Below are positions 50,826 through 60,008 of a stretch of 64,000 nt of DNA, piece after piece. How positions within the stretch are numbered: position 1 is the stretch's first letter; the number at the start of each line of letters is the position of its first letter. The notes below the pieces were generated by a model. That model saw only the letters and a program-made list of their open reading frames with translations. It did no database searches and had not been told where the DNA came from. Source of the stretch: an uncultured Leptospiraceae bacterium (GTDB lineage: Bacteria > Spirochaetota > Leptospiria > Turneriellales > Turneriellaceae); NCBI GenBank assembly GCA_942492915.1, contig OW818662.1:3693257-3757256 (forward strand), given 5' to 3'. The position numbers were made by a program, and so were the translations under genes.

Positions 50826-51455
50826 ATGAAACTCTCAGAAATTCGCAGTGAATACCAGGGCGAGCGCATCGACTCGCTGCCTGCCGACCCGCATCGCGCG
50901 GCTGAGTTGTGGTTCGAAGAGGCTCTGAAGAACGAAACAGAAGCGACCGCATTCTCGCTGGCGACCACTGGTGCCGGCGGGCGCATCTCTGTGCGCGTCG
51001 TGCTCGCAAAAGCGATAAGCCAGTCGGGCGTCACATTTTACACCAACGACCAAAGTCTCAAAGGGATTCAATTGGCAGAGACTGCCTTCGCCGCCGGGGT
51101 CTTCTTCTGGCCGAAGCAGCACCGACAAATTCGTTTTGAAGGCCCTGTCACACGCGCGAGCGCCGCCGAAGCCGACGAGTATTTTGCGAGCAGGCCGCAC
51201 GAATCTCAGGTTGCCTCGGCGATTTCAAACCAGAGCGCGCCACTCGCGCACTACGCAGAACTCAAAGCCCGCTTTGTCAAGGCGCTCGCTGACTTCGCGG
51301 GGCTCAAGGTGCCGCGGCCGCCGCACTGGGGCGGTTATACGATCGCCTTCGAACGCGTGGAGTTTTGGCAGGGGCAGCCCAGCCGTCTGCACGAAAGACT
51401 GCTCTATGAATTGCAGAAAGACGGATCTTACCGGCGAGGTTGGTTAGAACCCTAA
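50826..51455 (+). CDS. pdxH: Pyridoxamine 5'-phosphate oxidase.
   Basis: YQGERIDSLPADPHRAAELWFEEAL ... RQIRFEGPV ... RPPHWGGYTIAFERVEFWQGQPSRLHERLLY: full-length PdxH signature. Confidence 0.85.
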   Translation: MKLSEIRSEYQGERIDSLPADPHRAAELWFEEALKNETEATAFSLATTGAGGRISVRVVLAKAISQSGVTFYTNDQSLKGIQLAETAFAAGVFFWPKQHRQIRFEGPVTRASAAEADEYFASRPHESQVASAISNQSAPLAHYAELKARFVKALADFAGLKVPRPPHWGGYTIAFERVEFWQGQPSRLHERLLYELQKDGSYRRGWLEP

Positions 51456-52663
51456 TCGACAAAACCGGCTACACCGTAGCGATCCATATTTGACGAGATC
51501 GCTTTCGGCGGGTTTGCGTTGATGACGCGGGCGAAAGATGCTTTGCGTGTGGCCTCTTGCCACTCACCCCAACCTGGGTTTTCTGCCCAGTAACGCACGC
51601 GCACGGGATGCATGTGCTTTTCAGAGACTGGCGCGATTTTTTCTCCCAATGTCAGCTTGACGAGATTGGCAAAATAATCATAACGCAAACCTTTGGGAAT
51701 CATAAAATCGGCGACGTGCTCGCCAGGAATCTGCGCGCTCAGTTCGACGAGATAGATACGATCGGCCACGACCTTCCATTCGCTGACAACGGGCGTGTCT
51801 GAAAGTTGCAGGCGCATGCAGATCTGTTCGTGAATCTGCTGAATGCTCGCAGACAAATGAGCGTAGCGCGAGGGAAAACGGTGTTCGAGATCAATATAAG
51901 GGGGATCTTGAGCCGGTATGCGGTCGTGTACCGATATCAAATGATAATGAAAGTTCTGCGCAAATCCGGTGACGATGATTTCATCGCCTTCGATGAACTG
52001 TTCAAGTATAAATTCGTGACCTTTGATACCGAGCGATTCAAGATGGCGCCGCGAAAGAAAGTTCTTTATTTCGAGCCAGTTCTCAAGCCTGTAGACATGC
52101 CTTTTTGATGCGCCGCGCCGCGTTTTTACGATCAACGGAAACCCCAGCTGTTCGATGCTTTCCCGGTGCATGCTCTGCGAGATTTCCAGAAAGTTGGGCT
52201 GCGCAAAGTTGGAGTGCTCAAGGCCTGCAAGCATTTTGCGCACCTGCAGTTTGTCGAGCACGGTTTCCATGAGTGTGCGGCTAAGCCCAATAATACTCAG
52301 CCTCTCGCAAAGGAAGGCAAAACTCGCCAGCGCATCGCCGTAACTTGCGGCGTAGCCACCGGCGATCTGGCTGGGCTCGACCAGATTGCAGATTTTGTAG
52401 TAGATCTTGCGGTAATTCAGAATCGATTCCTGAATTTTGAGATCGCAGAGTTTGAGACCTGCTGCGCTGATATTTCGATCGACCCCGATGATTTTCAGGC
52501 CCTGATCGCGTGCAGCACGTATCAGCGGTAACTGGTTGTCACCCGCCCCCAAAGATAAATAAAACCCGTCTTTTTCGGCTGTGGCCACTCTTTTGATTAT
52601 CGGCGGGTTCTGGCTGCGGGTTGCAGAGAAAAAATTGTGATTCGGTGGTGGCTCAGCCACCAC
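51452..52663 (-). CDS. ATP-grasp domain protein.
   Basis: LGFPLIVKTRRGASKRHVYRLEN ... EQFIEGDEIIVTG ... LVELSAQIPGEH: ATP-grasp B and C subdomain pattern. Confidence 0.6.
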   Translation of the reverse strand: MVAEPPPNHNFFSATRSQNPPIIKRVATAEKDGFYLSLGAGDNQLPLIRAARDQGLKIIGVDRNISAAGLKLCDLKIQESILNYRKIYYKICNLVEPSQIAGGYAASYGDALASFAFLCERLSIIGLSRTLMETVLDKLQVRKMLAGLEHSNFAQPNFLEISQSMHRESIEQLGFPLIVKTRRGASKRHVYRLENWLEIKNFLSRRHLESLGIKGHEFILEQFIEGDEIIVTGFAQNFHYHLISVHDRIPAQDPPYIDLEHRFPSRYAHLSASIQQIHEQICMRLQLSDTPVVSEWKVVADRIYLVELSAQIPGEHVADFMIPKGLRYDYFANLVKLTLGEKIAPVSEKHMHPVRVRYWAENPGWGEWQEATRKASFARVINANPPKAISSNMDRYGVAGFVD

Positions 52664-52699
52664 CGAATCACCGGCTAATCTGATTGACAGTTTGCGGGG

Positions 52700-54910
52700 T
52701 TGACCTATGCATTCACCATGTTCAAACCTGCTCGCTTCCGCTATTATGCATCCGCAACGCGATTGATGCCGCTGCGTGCCGCTGGCCGGGGGCTGCTCTT
52801 TTCATTGCTCATGGCGACCGCCTTCATGCGCGCGGCCTGCCAGCAGCTGCTCGAAGAAGAGACTGACGTGAGGGTGTCGAAGCAGGTGCCCGAGGCGGGC
52901 AATTGTGGCACTTTGCCGGCATCTGTGACGCTCGAATTTTCGATCGAGATGGATGCTTCTAGCGTCAATGCAGTCAATGTCGGTACCGCATGCACGGCAA
53001 ATGTTCAGGTGTCATTGGATGATTTTACCAACTGCGTCAATTTCACCGCAGCACCGACGACCAGCAACAACAAGGCATTCGTCTACACGCCTGCATCGGC
53101 ATTTGCCTCAACGGCAAATTACAAGATTCGGGTGAAGACAGGCGCAAAATCATCTTCAGGCAAAGCACTCGCGAATGAATATACTTCAGCGGCGGGCTTC
53201 GGCGCACAGGCACAGTTGCTCATTACCGAAGTGGGCATGTGTCGCTATACAAACCGCTCATGCTGGTTTGAGATTCACAATAAGTCGAGTCAATGCTCGG
53301 TGAATTTGGCTGACTATAAGATTCGATCGACATATGTGGATAGCGTCAGCGGGGGAAATACAGGCGCCGCAGAAACTTTTGATCTGCCCGAATTGTCATT
53401 GGCCGGTGGAGCATACTTGGTAGTACGTGGCGCTGCGACCAATGGTGGCGAATACATTAACGGTCCCGGACAGATATATATTCTTAAGCAGGTTTTGGAC
53501 GGAGCGACTAGGTTACCGTGGTGGACAAATAACGGAGCCATTGAGATTATCAAAGGTGCTACCACAATTGATTTTGTCGAGGTCGGGCCGACCGTAGTAA
53601 CACCATCATCCGGTGGTGCGGCCAGTTGGACTGACGGTACGCAGCCCGCTATGTGGGCTCCGAATGATGCAAATTACGGCAAGAGTATCGCCAGAAATGC
53701 AAATCTCACAGACACAAATGTTGGTGACGACTGGGTCGCCCGCGACTTCGCCACACCCGGAGCCCCCAACGACGTAACCTGCACAACCGATGCCGACGCC
53801 GACGGCATTCCCGACTGTTCCGAAGTTTCTGGCTCAACTTATGCCGGTTTGAATCTCTACGCGATGGGTGCTCGCACCGGGCAAAAAGACGTTTTCATCG
53901 AAGTGGATTATATGGACAGCACCGATCCGGGTGTGATACCGCAACGCGCTGCGCTGGACAAAGTTAAAGCGGCTTTTGCTGCTAAGGGATACAAGTTGCA
54001 CTTTGACGTGGGCGACCTGTTTCATCAGGCTGATGGTATCAATGAGGCATACCACGACCTGGGCAATGCATCGGCAAAAGTGCCGTTTGCGCAAGGCATC
54101 GAACTCGGTGCGGCGGGTGATAAGGCGAACTTCTATACATATAAAGCAGGCCACATGGATATTCGCCGCCGCAATATTTTCTATTATATGCTGTTTGCCT
54201 ATTCACGCAATGCAGACGGCAGCGCCGGGTCGAGCGGTGTCGCCGAGGTCAACGGCAACGATTCAATTATTGCGTTGGGCAATTGGGGCCTGGTTACAGA
54301 CAGCAATCGCCTGATCAATTACCAGGCTTCAACGCTCATGCACGAGTGGGGCCACAACCTCGGGCTGCTGCACGGCGGTAATGACAATGTGAATTACAAG
54401 CCCAACTATTTCAGCATTATGAACTATCATTATCAATTGTCAGGATTGCCGACTCTGGACAACAACCCGGGTGACAGGTATTATCTCTACCGTCGCAACA
54501 ATTATGGCGATTGCTCGCTGATTACCTCAATCTCGCAGCTGACAAACAATTATAACAGCGCAACCTTCAAAATGGACTTCGCTGATGGCGCGGGAACACC
54601 AATCGCTGAAGGCACCATCAGTGAGAGCGCGGGCCTGAACCGGCCAGGCAGCAGCTCGATCGATTATAACTGCAATGGTAGCATTTCTACCATTAGCAAA
54701 GACCTGAACGGCGATGGCGCGACCAATACGCTCAACGGGTTCGACGATTGGGGCAATATCAACGTCATATTTTTGCGCAAGTACAGCGGTGCTGATTCTG
54801 GCTATTTTCAACTCGCCGGCGACGGCGAAAAAATTCACATCGACCCGATCGGCAATGACCGGCAGCCAGTGATCGACGAACCCGATATGGCATGGGCGCG
54901 CGCAAAATAG
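52700..54910 (+). CDS. Lipoprotein metzincin-type zinc metalloprotease with a lamin-tail-like domain and a TSP3-like Ca-binding segment.
   Basis: Lipobox LLMATAFMRAAC. LTD-like LLITEVGMCRYTNRSCWFEIHNKSSQCSVNLADYKIRST. DADADGIPDCSE. Zinc site HEWGHNLGLLHGG (HExxHxxGxxH). Confidence 0.7.
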   Translation: MTYAFTMFKPARFRYYASATRLMPLRAAGRGLLFSLLMATAFMRAACQQLLEEETDVRVSKQVPEAGNCGTLPASVTLEFSIEMDASSVNAVNVGTACTANVQVSLDDFTNCVNFTAAPTTSNNKAFVYTPASAFASTANYKIRVKTGAKSSSGKALANEYTSAAGFGAQAQLLITEVGMCRYTNRSCWFEIHNKSSQCSVNLADYKIRSTYVDSVSGGNTGAAETFDLPELSLAGGAYLVVRGAATNGGEYINGPGQIYILKQVLDGATRLPWWTNNGAIEIIKGATTIDFVEVGPTVVTPSSGGAASWTDGTQPAMWAPNDANYGKSIARNANLTDTNVGDDWVARDFATPGAPNDVTCTTDADADGIPDCSEVSGSTYAGLNLYAMGARTGQKDVFIEVDYMDSTDPGVIPQRAALDKVKAAFAAKGYKLHFDVGDLFHQADGINEAYHDLGNASAKVPFAQGIELGAAGDKANFYTYKAGHMDIRRRNIFYYMLFAYSRNADGSAGSSGVAEVNGNDSIIALGNWGLVTDSNRLINYQASTLMHEWGHNLGLLHGGNDNVNYKPNYFSIMNYHYQLSGLPTLDNNPGDRYYLYRRNNYGDCSLITSISQLTNNYNSATFKMDFADGAGTPIAEGTISESAGLNRPGSSSIDYNCNGSISTISKDLNGDGATNTLNGFDDWGNINVIFLRKYSGADSGYFQLAGDGEKIHIDPIGNDRQPVIDEPDMAWARAK

Positions 54911-55569
54911 TGTCGCTGCTGCCTGCTGCTTTTTCGGTCGCGGTTGCTGCGGTCTGCGTTGCGGCGTGTTCTGGCCCTAAAGGTGAAAACGGGCTGCGCG
55001 CAGAAGCGCAGTTGCGTGTCGCGGGCAGCGGGCTCAGCATCACGGGGGCGGTCGGCGATCAGGTGTTGGCGCGCGTCTACCGGATTCAGAAGCGTGAGCA
55101 GAACGGGGCGTCGATGCTTGATATTGTAATAAGCCTCAATGACGGTTCTAAATCCACCTTACGCATTTCGCCCTGGTCACTCGGCGAAGTCACATGTGCG
55201 CCTGCTGAGTGCGGTATCGAAGTTGAACGCATGCAATACCCCGATGGGCCCGAGTCGCGGGTGAAAATCAGCCGCAAGGGTCGGTTGGTGGCAATGGCGG
55301 CGACGCAGAGCCGGCTCAGGGCGCTGCCGGGCGCCGCGCCGTTTAGGCTCGTGTCGCCTTCGGCGCCGAAAGTGCCGGGCCGGCGCGTGCCAGTCGATCT
55401 ACGCGTCGGTGATGTTGCCGCGCCGCGCGGCAAGACGGCACGTATAGCTATGGAAAAACAGAGCTGTGATTTTCATCTTATTGATGCGACGACCGCAGCT
55501 GACCCAAGACCGGGAATAGCCGAAGAGTCACCTGCGTTTATTGCAGACTGGGTTGTGGTTTGTAATTAA
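54892..55569 (+). CDS. Lipoprotein, hypothetical.
   Basis: MGARKIVSLLPAAFSVAVAAVCVAACSG lipobox. 225 aa. Confidence 0.5.
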   Translation: MGARKIVSLLPAAFSVAVAAVCVAACSGPKGENGLRAEAQLRVAGSGLSITGAVGDQVLARVYRIQKREQNGASMLDIVISLNDGSKSTLRISPWSLGEVTCAPAECGIEVERMQYPDGPESRVKISRKGRLVAMAATQSRLRALPGAAPFRLVSPSAPKVPGRRVPVDLRVGDVAAPRGKTARIAMEKQSCDFHLIDATTAADPRPGIAEESPAFIADWVVVCN

Positions 55570-55600
55570 CCAACGCACATTCGGCGCGTTGGTTAATTAT
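55570..55600. terminator. Bidirectional intrinsic-terminator-like hairpin between convergent genes.
   Basis: ttaaccaacgc-acattcggc-gcgttggttaa: perfect 11-bp inverted repeat flanked by A/T-rich sequence on both sides. Confidence 0.55.
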
Positions 55601-57099
55601 TTCTTTTTGCCAGCAGCCTTGCCCAGCGCACCCTTCGCAGGTGCAGGGGGCGCTGGAGTTTCAGCCGCCGCTTCGGGCAGGCTTGGTGCGGCTGCAGCAT
55701 CGGTTGATTCTTTTGGTGCATCTGGGGCGAACACGTAGTCGACGCCGACTGAGACGCGGCTGACGTCGACACGATCGGTCTGGCCGACCGCATCAGAGTT
55801 GGTGATCGTCGTGAAGAGCAGATGAATCTTCAGGCGATTCACGGGTGTGTAGGTTACGCCTGCGCCGTACTTTTCGACATTGGCCTGCAGGTAGCGCGAG
55901 CTGCGCGCATCGACGGTCTTTGCAGGTGTCGCTAGGCTGTCGGTCTGTTCGCGCACGGTCTGCGAATAGACTGTAATTTCGGGATACCAACCCGCCTGCA
56001 GCGTCAGAATATTCGTTACGACGGGCAATTGAAACACGATTGGCAGATTAAACTTGCCTGCGAGGGTTGAATTGTTTTCTTGCAGGCGCTGGTTGTTGCC
56101 GGTGAAGCCGAGAATGCCGCCACTGAACCCCTGCGCGCCATTGGTCGCCATCGTTGTGACGGCTGAATAGGTGGCGCCGACTTCGGGCCCGATGTAAAAC
56201 CGCGCCACGTCTGAGAGCGGCCATGCCATCGCATAACCGAGGTATGCCTCGCCGCGGTTGTCGTTTTCATCGAGCTTGGCTGTTTCAACGGTTGTGCCGC
56301 TCGTGCGGCGCACGTCGACGTCGCCTTTCAGCTGGTGAGAAAAATTGCCGCGCCAGTAGAGGCGTTCGCCGCGCTGCGTTAGGGTTATCCAGCCGAAGGT
56401 TGTGGCTTCGAGGTATTGTGTGTTCTGCGGTCTGCGTAGCTGGCCTGAAGTCAGGGCCGATGCGAGCGTGCCCGAATTAATCGCGCCAGCAGTCGTCTGG
56501 TCGAACGTGCCGCCGTTCTGGCGCATTGCGACGCCGAGTGACCAGACAATTTTGCGGTCGAGACTTTGGCCGATGTTTATGCCTGCGCGAATGCGGTTCG
56601 AGGTTTTGTCGGCAATTTCAGCACCTGCCGAATACGTCGTGCCGTCGTTCGTGTCTTTGCGCACGATTGCATTGTCGAGGTATTCGCCGATGAGGCCGAC
56701 ACCGAATGTGCCGAATTTGGTGCCGAGTGAGCCGCGAAAATGCGATTGCCCGGTTGTGCTTTCGAAACTCGCCTGTTGTGTCGGGTCGTAATTTTGAGAT
56801 TTTGATCTTTCATTTTTGAGGCCAACTGCCCAGTAGAGCGGCAGGCCGATGGTGTTGCGCCCGCCCATGACAAAGGTCTGTCGGTCGTATTGGTCGGGTG
56901 TGTATACCGATGAGATTGCGTCTTCTTTTTGCCAGCTGTAAAACGCCGGTGTCACGATGTAATCCCATGTGTCGAAAACAAAGACCGAGTTAACTGCCGC
57001 CTGCGCGGGAATTGAAGTTCTGAACAGGTTAATCGACGCATGCAGAGGCAGCGCAGAGACGGCGCCGACCAGGGCTGCGATTCGCAAGGGATTCTTCAT
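55597..57099 (-). CDS. Outer-membrane beta-barrel (porin-like) protein, hypothetical.
   Basis: Signal MKNPLRIAALVGAVSALPLHA. Alternating aromatic beta-strand pattern throughout. Ala/Pro/Lys-rich C-terminal tail. Confidence 0.55.
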   Translation of the reverse strand: MKNPLRIAALVGAVSALPLHASINLFRTSIPAQAAVNSVFVFDTWDYIVTPAFYSWQKEDAISSVYTPDQYDRQTFVMGGRNTIGLPLYWAVGLKNERSKSQNYDPTQQASFESTTGQSHFRGSLGTKFGTFGVGLIGEYLDNAIVRKDTNDGTTYSAGAEIADKTSNRIRAGINIGQSLDRKIVWSLGVAMRQNGGTFDQTTAGAINSGTLASALTSGQLRRPQNTQYLEATTFGWITLTQRGERLYWRGNFSHQLKGDVDVRRTSGTTVETAKLDENDNRGEAYLGYAMAWPLSDVARFYIGPEVGATYSAVTTMATNGAQGFSGGILGFTGNNQRLQENNSTLAGKFNLPIVFQLPVVTNILTLQAGWYPEITVYSQTVREQTDSLATPAKTVDARSSRYLQANVEKYGAGVTYTPVNRLKIHLLFTTITNSDAVGQTDRVDVSRVSVGVDYVFAPDAPKESTDAAAAPSLPEAAAETPAPPAPAKGALGKAAGKKK

Positions 57100-57221
57100 A
57101 CCTTAAGTTTCATTCTCTCACCCGTCTGACAAGTAAAATTATGCATTGCAGGCAGATTCTTGCCCGCGCGAAGGCATGACGTTGTTGGCGTAGCGACGCA
57201 CCCGGCATTTGTGGCTCATTC

Positions 57222-59951
57222 ATGCCAGCTACCTACCATACGGGAAATATTGCGCACGTCGTCAAAACTCTGGCCTCTGATGCTGTGCGCGGTTTGACAG
57301 CCTCTGAGGCGCACCGCCGTCTCGCCACGCACGGTGAAAACCGCATCACCGCCAAAACGCGGCGCTCAAAAATCGAGTTGCTCGTCGAACAGTTCAAGAA
57401 CCTTCTGGTGTTGCTGCTCGTCGCTGCGTCATTGCTGTCATTTTTGCTCGGTTCTGTTAACGACGGCGTCGTACTTTTTACCATTGTGATAATCAATGCA
57501 CTGGTAGGTTTTTTTCAGGATTGGAAGTCAGAGAATATCGCCGCCCGGCTCGGCAGTCTCGTGACAGAACGTGCTATCTCGGTTCGTGACGGGTCGCGTA
57601 TTGAAGTGCCTGTTGCCTCGCTGGTGCCGGGCGATATTATCTACCTGCAAGAGGGCGATGGCATTCCGGCGGATTGTCGGCTGATACGCGGCGTCACGGT
57701 GATGGCGAACGAGATGGCGCTCACAGGTGAATCGGTCGCTGCAGAAAAGAGTGATACCTTCGAAACTGAGACGGTAGCGCTGCCATTACCCGAGCGGCGC
57801 AATTTGCTGTATTTCGGCACGGCGTTGGTTCGCGGTGAGGCCACGGCGATTGTGTGCGCGACTGGGGACAACACAGAGCTCGGCAGAATAGCCGTTTCAT
57901 CGCAGAATATGACCCGTGAATTGTCGCCACTGCAAAAAGAACTGAACGGGCTAGGCAGCAAAATCACAAAGTTCGCCCTTTCGCTTGCAGCTCTGCTTTT
58001 CGCGGTGCAGGTGCTGCGCGACGAACCGATCAAGACTGCGCTTATCTTTGCGGTCAGCATCGCGGCCGCCATGGTTCCCGAAGGGTTACCCGCGCAAATT
58101 TCAATGGGATTGTCTCTCGGGGTCGCGCGTCTGGCGCGCAAGAATGGAGTCGTCAAAAGGCTTTCTTCGGTCGAAGCGCTCGGCGCGGCCACGGTGATCG
58201 CATCAGATAAGACAGGTACAATCACCCGAAACGAAATGACGATCACCGCTGCTTATTTCGAGGGTAAGAACTACCGCATTACAGGCACGGGATACAATCC
58301 CGAGGGCGAAATTTTCGACGAGGCGGGCAAAGTGATGAATCCCGGATCGCTCGGCGACGAGAAGATTCTTTTTCTCGCCGGATTTCTCTCGTCGACAGGT
58401 ACTGTTAACCCACCTGATGAGTTTCACGAAGAGTACTACGCGTTGGGTGACCCGACAGAAGCCGCTTTTGCGACGTTGCTGATGAAGGCCGGATACAAAC
58501 CTGAAGAGGTGACCGCAGAGTATCCGCGGGTGAAGCTGTTTCCATTCGATTCAGACCGCAAGCGCATATCGATCGTGCGCGAACACCGCGGCAAACACAC
58601 TGCCTTCATCAAAGGCTCTATTGAGTCATTGCTGCCGCTCTGTACCCGCCGGCGCATCGATGGCAGTGAATCGGAGCTTGACGACAAGCAGCGCGAAGAA
58701 CTGCTCTCCGTTTCGCGCGCGTATTCGGCGCAGGCTCTGCGCGTCATCGCGCTGGCTTATCGTGATCTCGAATGTGCTGAGAATCTGACACAAGAAGGTG
58801 TCGAGTCGAATTTGGTCTATTCGGGATTCGTGACGATGATCGATCCCCCACGCGACGAAGTGCATGCTGCTGTCAAAGCAGCGAAAGAGGCGGGTATTCG
58901 CCTCATGATGATCACGGGCGACCACCAGGCAACTGCACGTTCGATAGCGAACGCGATCGGCATGGCTGAACACACGAGCAAGCCGATACCGGTGATCAAC
59001 AGCGACGAACTTCACGCGATGGACGGCGAGGCGCTCAAATCTGTGGTCGACGCACCCGCACTCGTCTTTTCGCGGGTATCGCCCGACGAGAAATTGCGCA
59101 TTATCGAGGCGCTGCAAGGGCGCGGCGACGTCGTTGCTGTCACCGGCGACGGCGTGAACGACACGCTGAGTCTGAAGCGCGCCGACATCGGTGTTGCGAT
59201 GGGGCGCGGTGGCAGCAAGGTTGCGCAAGAGGCGGCGAGTCTGATTCTGCTCGACAACTCTTTCGCGACGATCGTCGCGGCGGTGAGGGAAGGGCGAACC
59301 ATTTTTCGCAATCTGCAGAACAACGTCGTCGCGACACTGTCTTCAAACTTGACCGAACTTCTTTGCGTGCTCGCAGGATTTGCCCTGCTGCCGTTTGGGC
59401 TGCCGCCAATCATTCTACCGGTGCAGATTCTGCTCGTCGATCTGGTGGGAGAGATGCTGCCCCTGCTCATGCTGACGTACGACCCGGCGACGCCGGGAAT
59501 CATGAAAGAGATCCCGCGCAAGAAAGGCGCTTTGCTCGACCGTAGCCGTTTTGTGCACGTAGCCGCAACCGGAGTGATTCGCGGGCTCATTTCTACGCTT
59601 GTCTTTATCGCCGTCTTCACACGGCACCAGGGCGCCGAGCGCGCCTGGGAACAGGGCTTGTCTGCTACTTTCGCCACGATCGTGACGACGCAGTTTGTCG
59701 GCATCTTTTTTCTGCGCGCGGCGCGCGGTATTCCCGGGCGCGAGACATTCTCTAATCCTTATCTTTTTATGGGTATCGCGCTGTCGCTCGCTGCGATGCT
59801 CGCGCTCATCTACGTTCCGTTTCTGAACTTCTATCTGCATACGAACCCGCTCGGGCAGGGCGACTGGCTGATTGTCGCGCAGGGCCTCGGTGTCTTTGCG
59901 GTCTTCAGCGCGGTCTTCGGCTATTTCAGGGGTAATGTACGGCGCCGCTGA
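57222..59951 (+). CDS. P-type cation-transporting ATPase (Ca2+/Mg2+-type, P2).
   Basis: DKTGTITRN phosphorylation site. MITGD. TGDGVNDTLSLKRADIGVAMG hinge. 10 TM helices. Confidence 0.9.
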   Translation: MPATYHTGNIAHVVKTLASDAVRGLTASEAHRRLATHGENRITAKTRRSKIELLVEQFKNLLVLLLVAASLLSFLLGSVNDGVVLFTIVIINALVGFFQDWKSENIAARLGSLVTERAISVRDGSRIEVPVASLVPGDIIYLQEGDGIPADCRLIRGVTVMANEMALTGESVAAEKSDTFETETVALPLPERRNLLYFGTALVRGEATAIVCATGDNTELGRIAVSSQNMTRELSPLQKELNGLGSKITKFALSLAALLFAVQVLRDEPIKTALIFAVSIAAAMVPEGLPAQISMGLSLGVARLARKNGVVKRLSSVEALGAATVIASDKTGTITRNEMTITAAYFEGKNYRITGTGYNPEGEIFDEAGKVMNPGSLGDEKILFLAGFLSSTGTVNPPDEFHEEYYALGDPTEAAFATLLMKAGYKPEEVTAEYPRVKLFPFDSDRKRISIVREHRGKHTAFIKGSIESLLPLCTRRRIDGSESELDDKQREELLSVSRAYSAQALRVIALAYRDLECAENLTQEGVESNLVYSGFVTMIDPPRDEVHAAVKAAKEAGIRLMMITGDHQATARSIANAIGMAEHTSKPIPVINSDELHAMDGEALKSVVDAPALVFSRVSPDEKLRIIEALQGRGDVVAVTGDGVNDTLSLKRADIGVAMGRGGSKVAQEAASLILLDNSFATIVAAVREGRTIFRNLQNNVVATLSSNLTELLCVLAGFALLPFGLPPIILPVQILLVDLVGEMLPLLMLTYDPATPGIMKEIPRKKGALLDRSRFVHVAATGVIRGLISTLVFIAVFTRHQGAERAWEQGLSATFATIVTTQFVGIFFLRAARGIPGRETFSNPYLFMGIALSLAAMLALIYVPFLNFYLHTNPLGQGDWLIVAQGLGVFAVFSAVFGYFRGNVRRR

Positions 59952-60008
59952 TCGCGGCTGTTGTCGCAAAAATAGTGGCGCGCCCCGTCGGGCTTTGCAG
60001 CATGGGCT

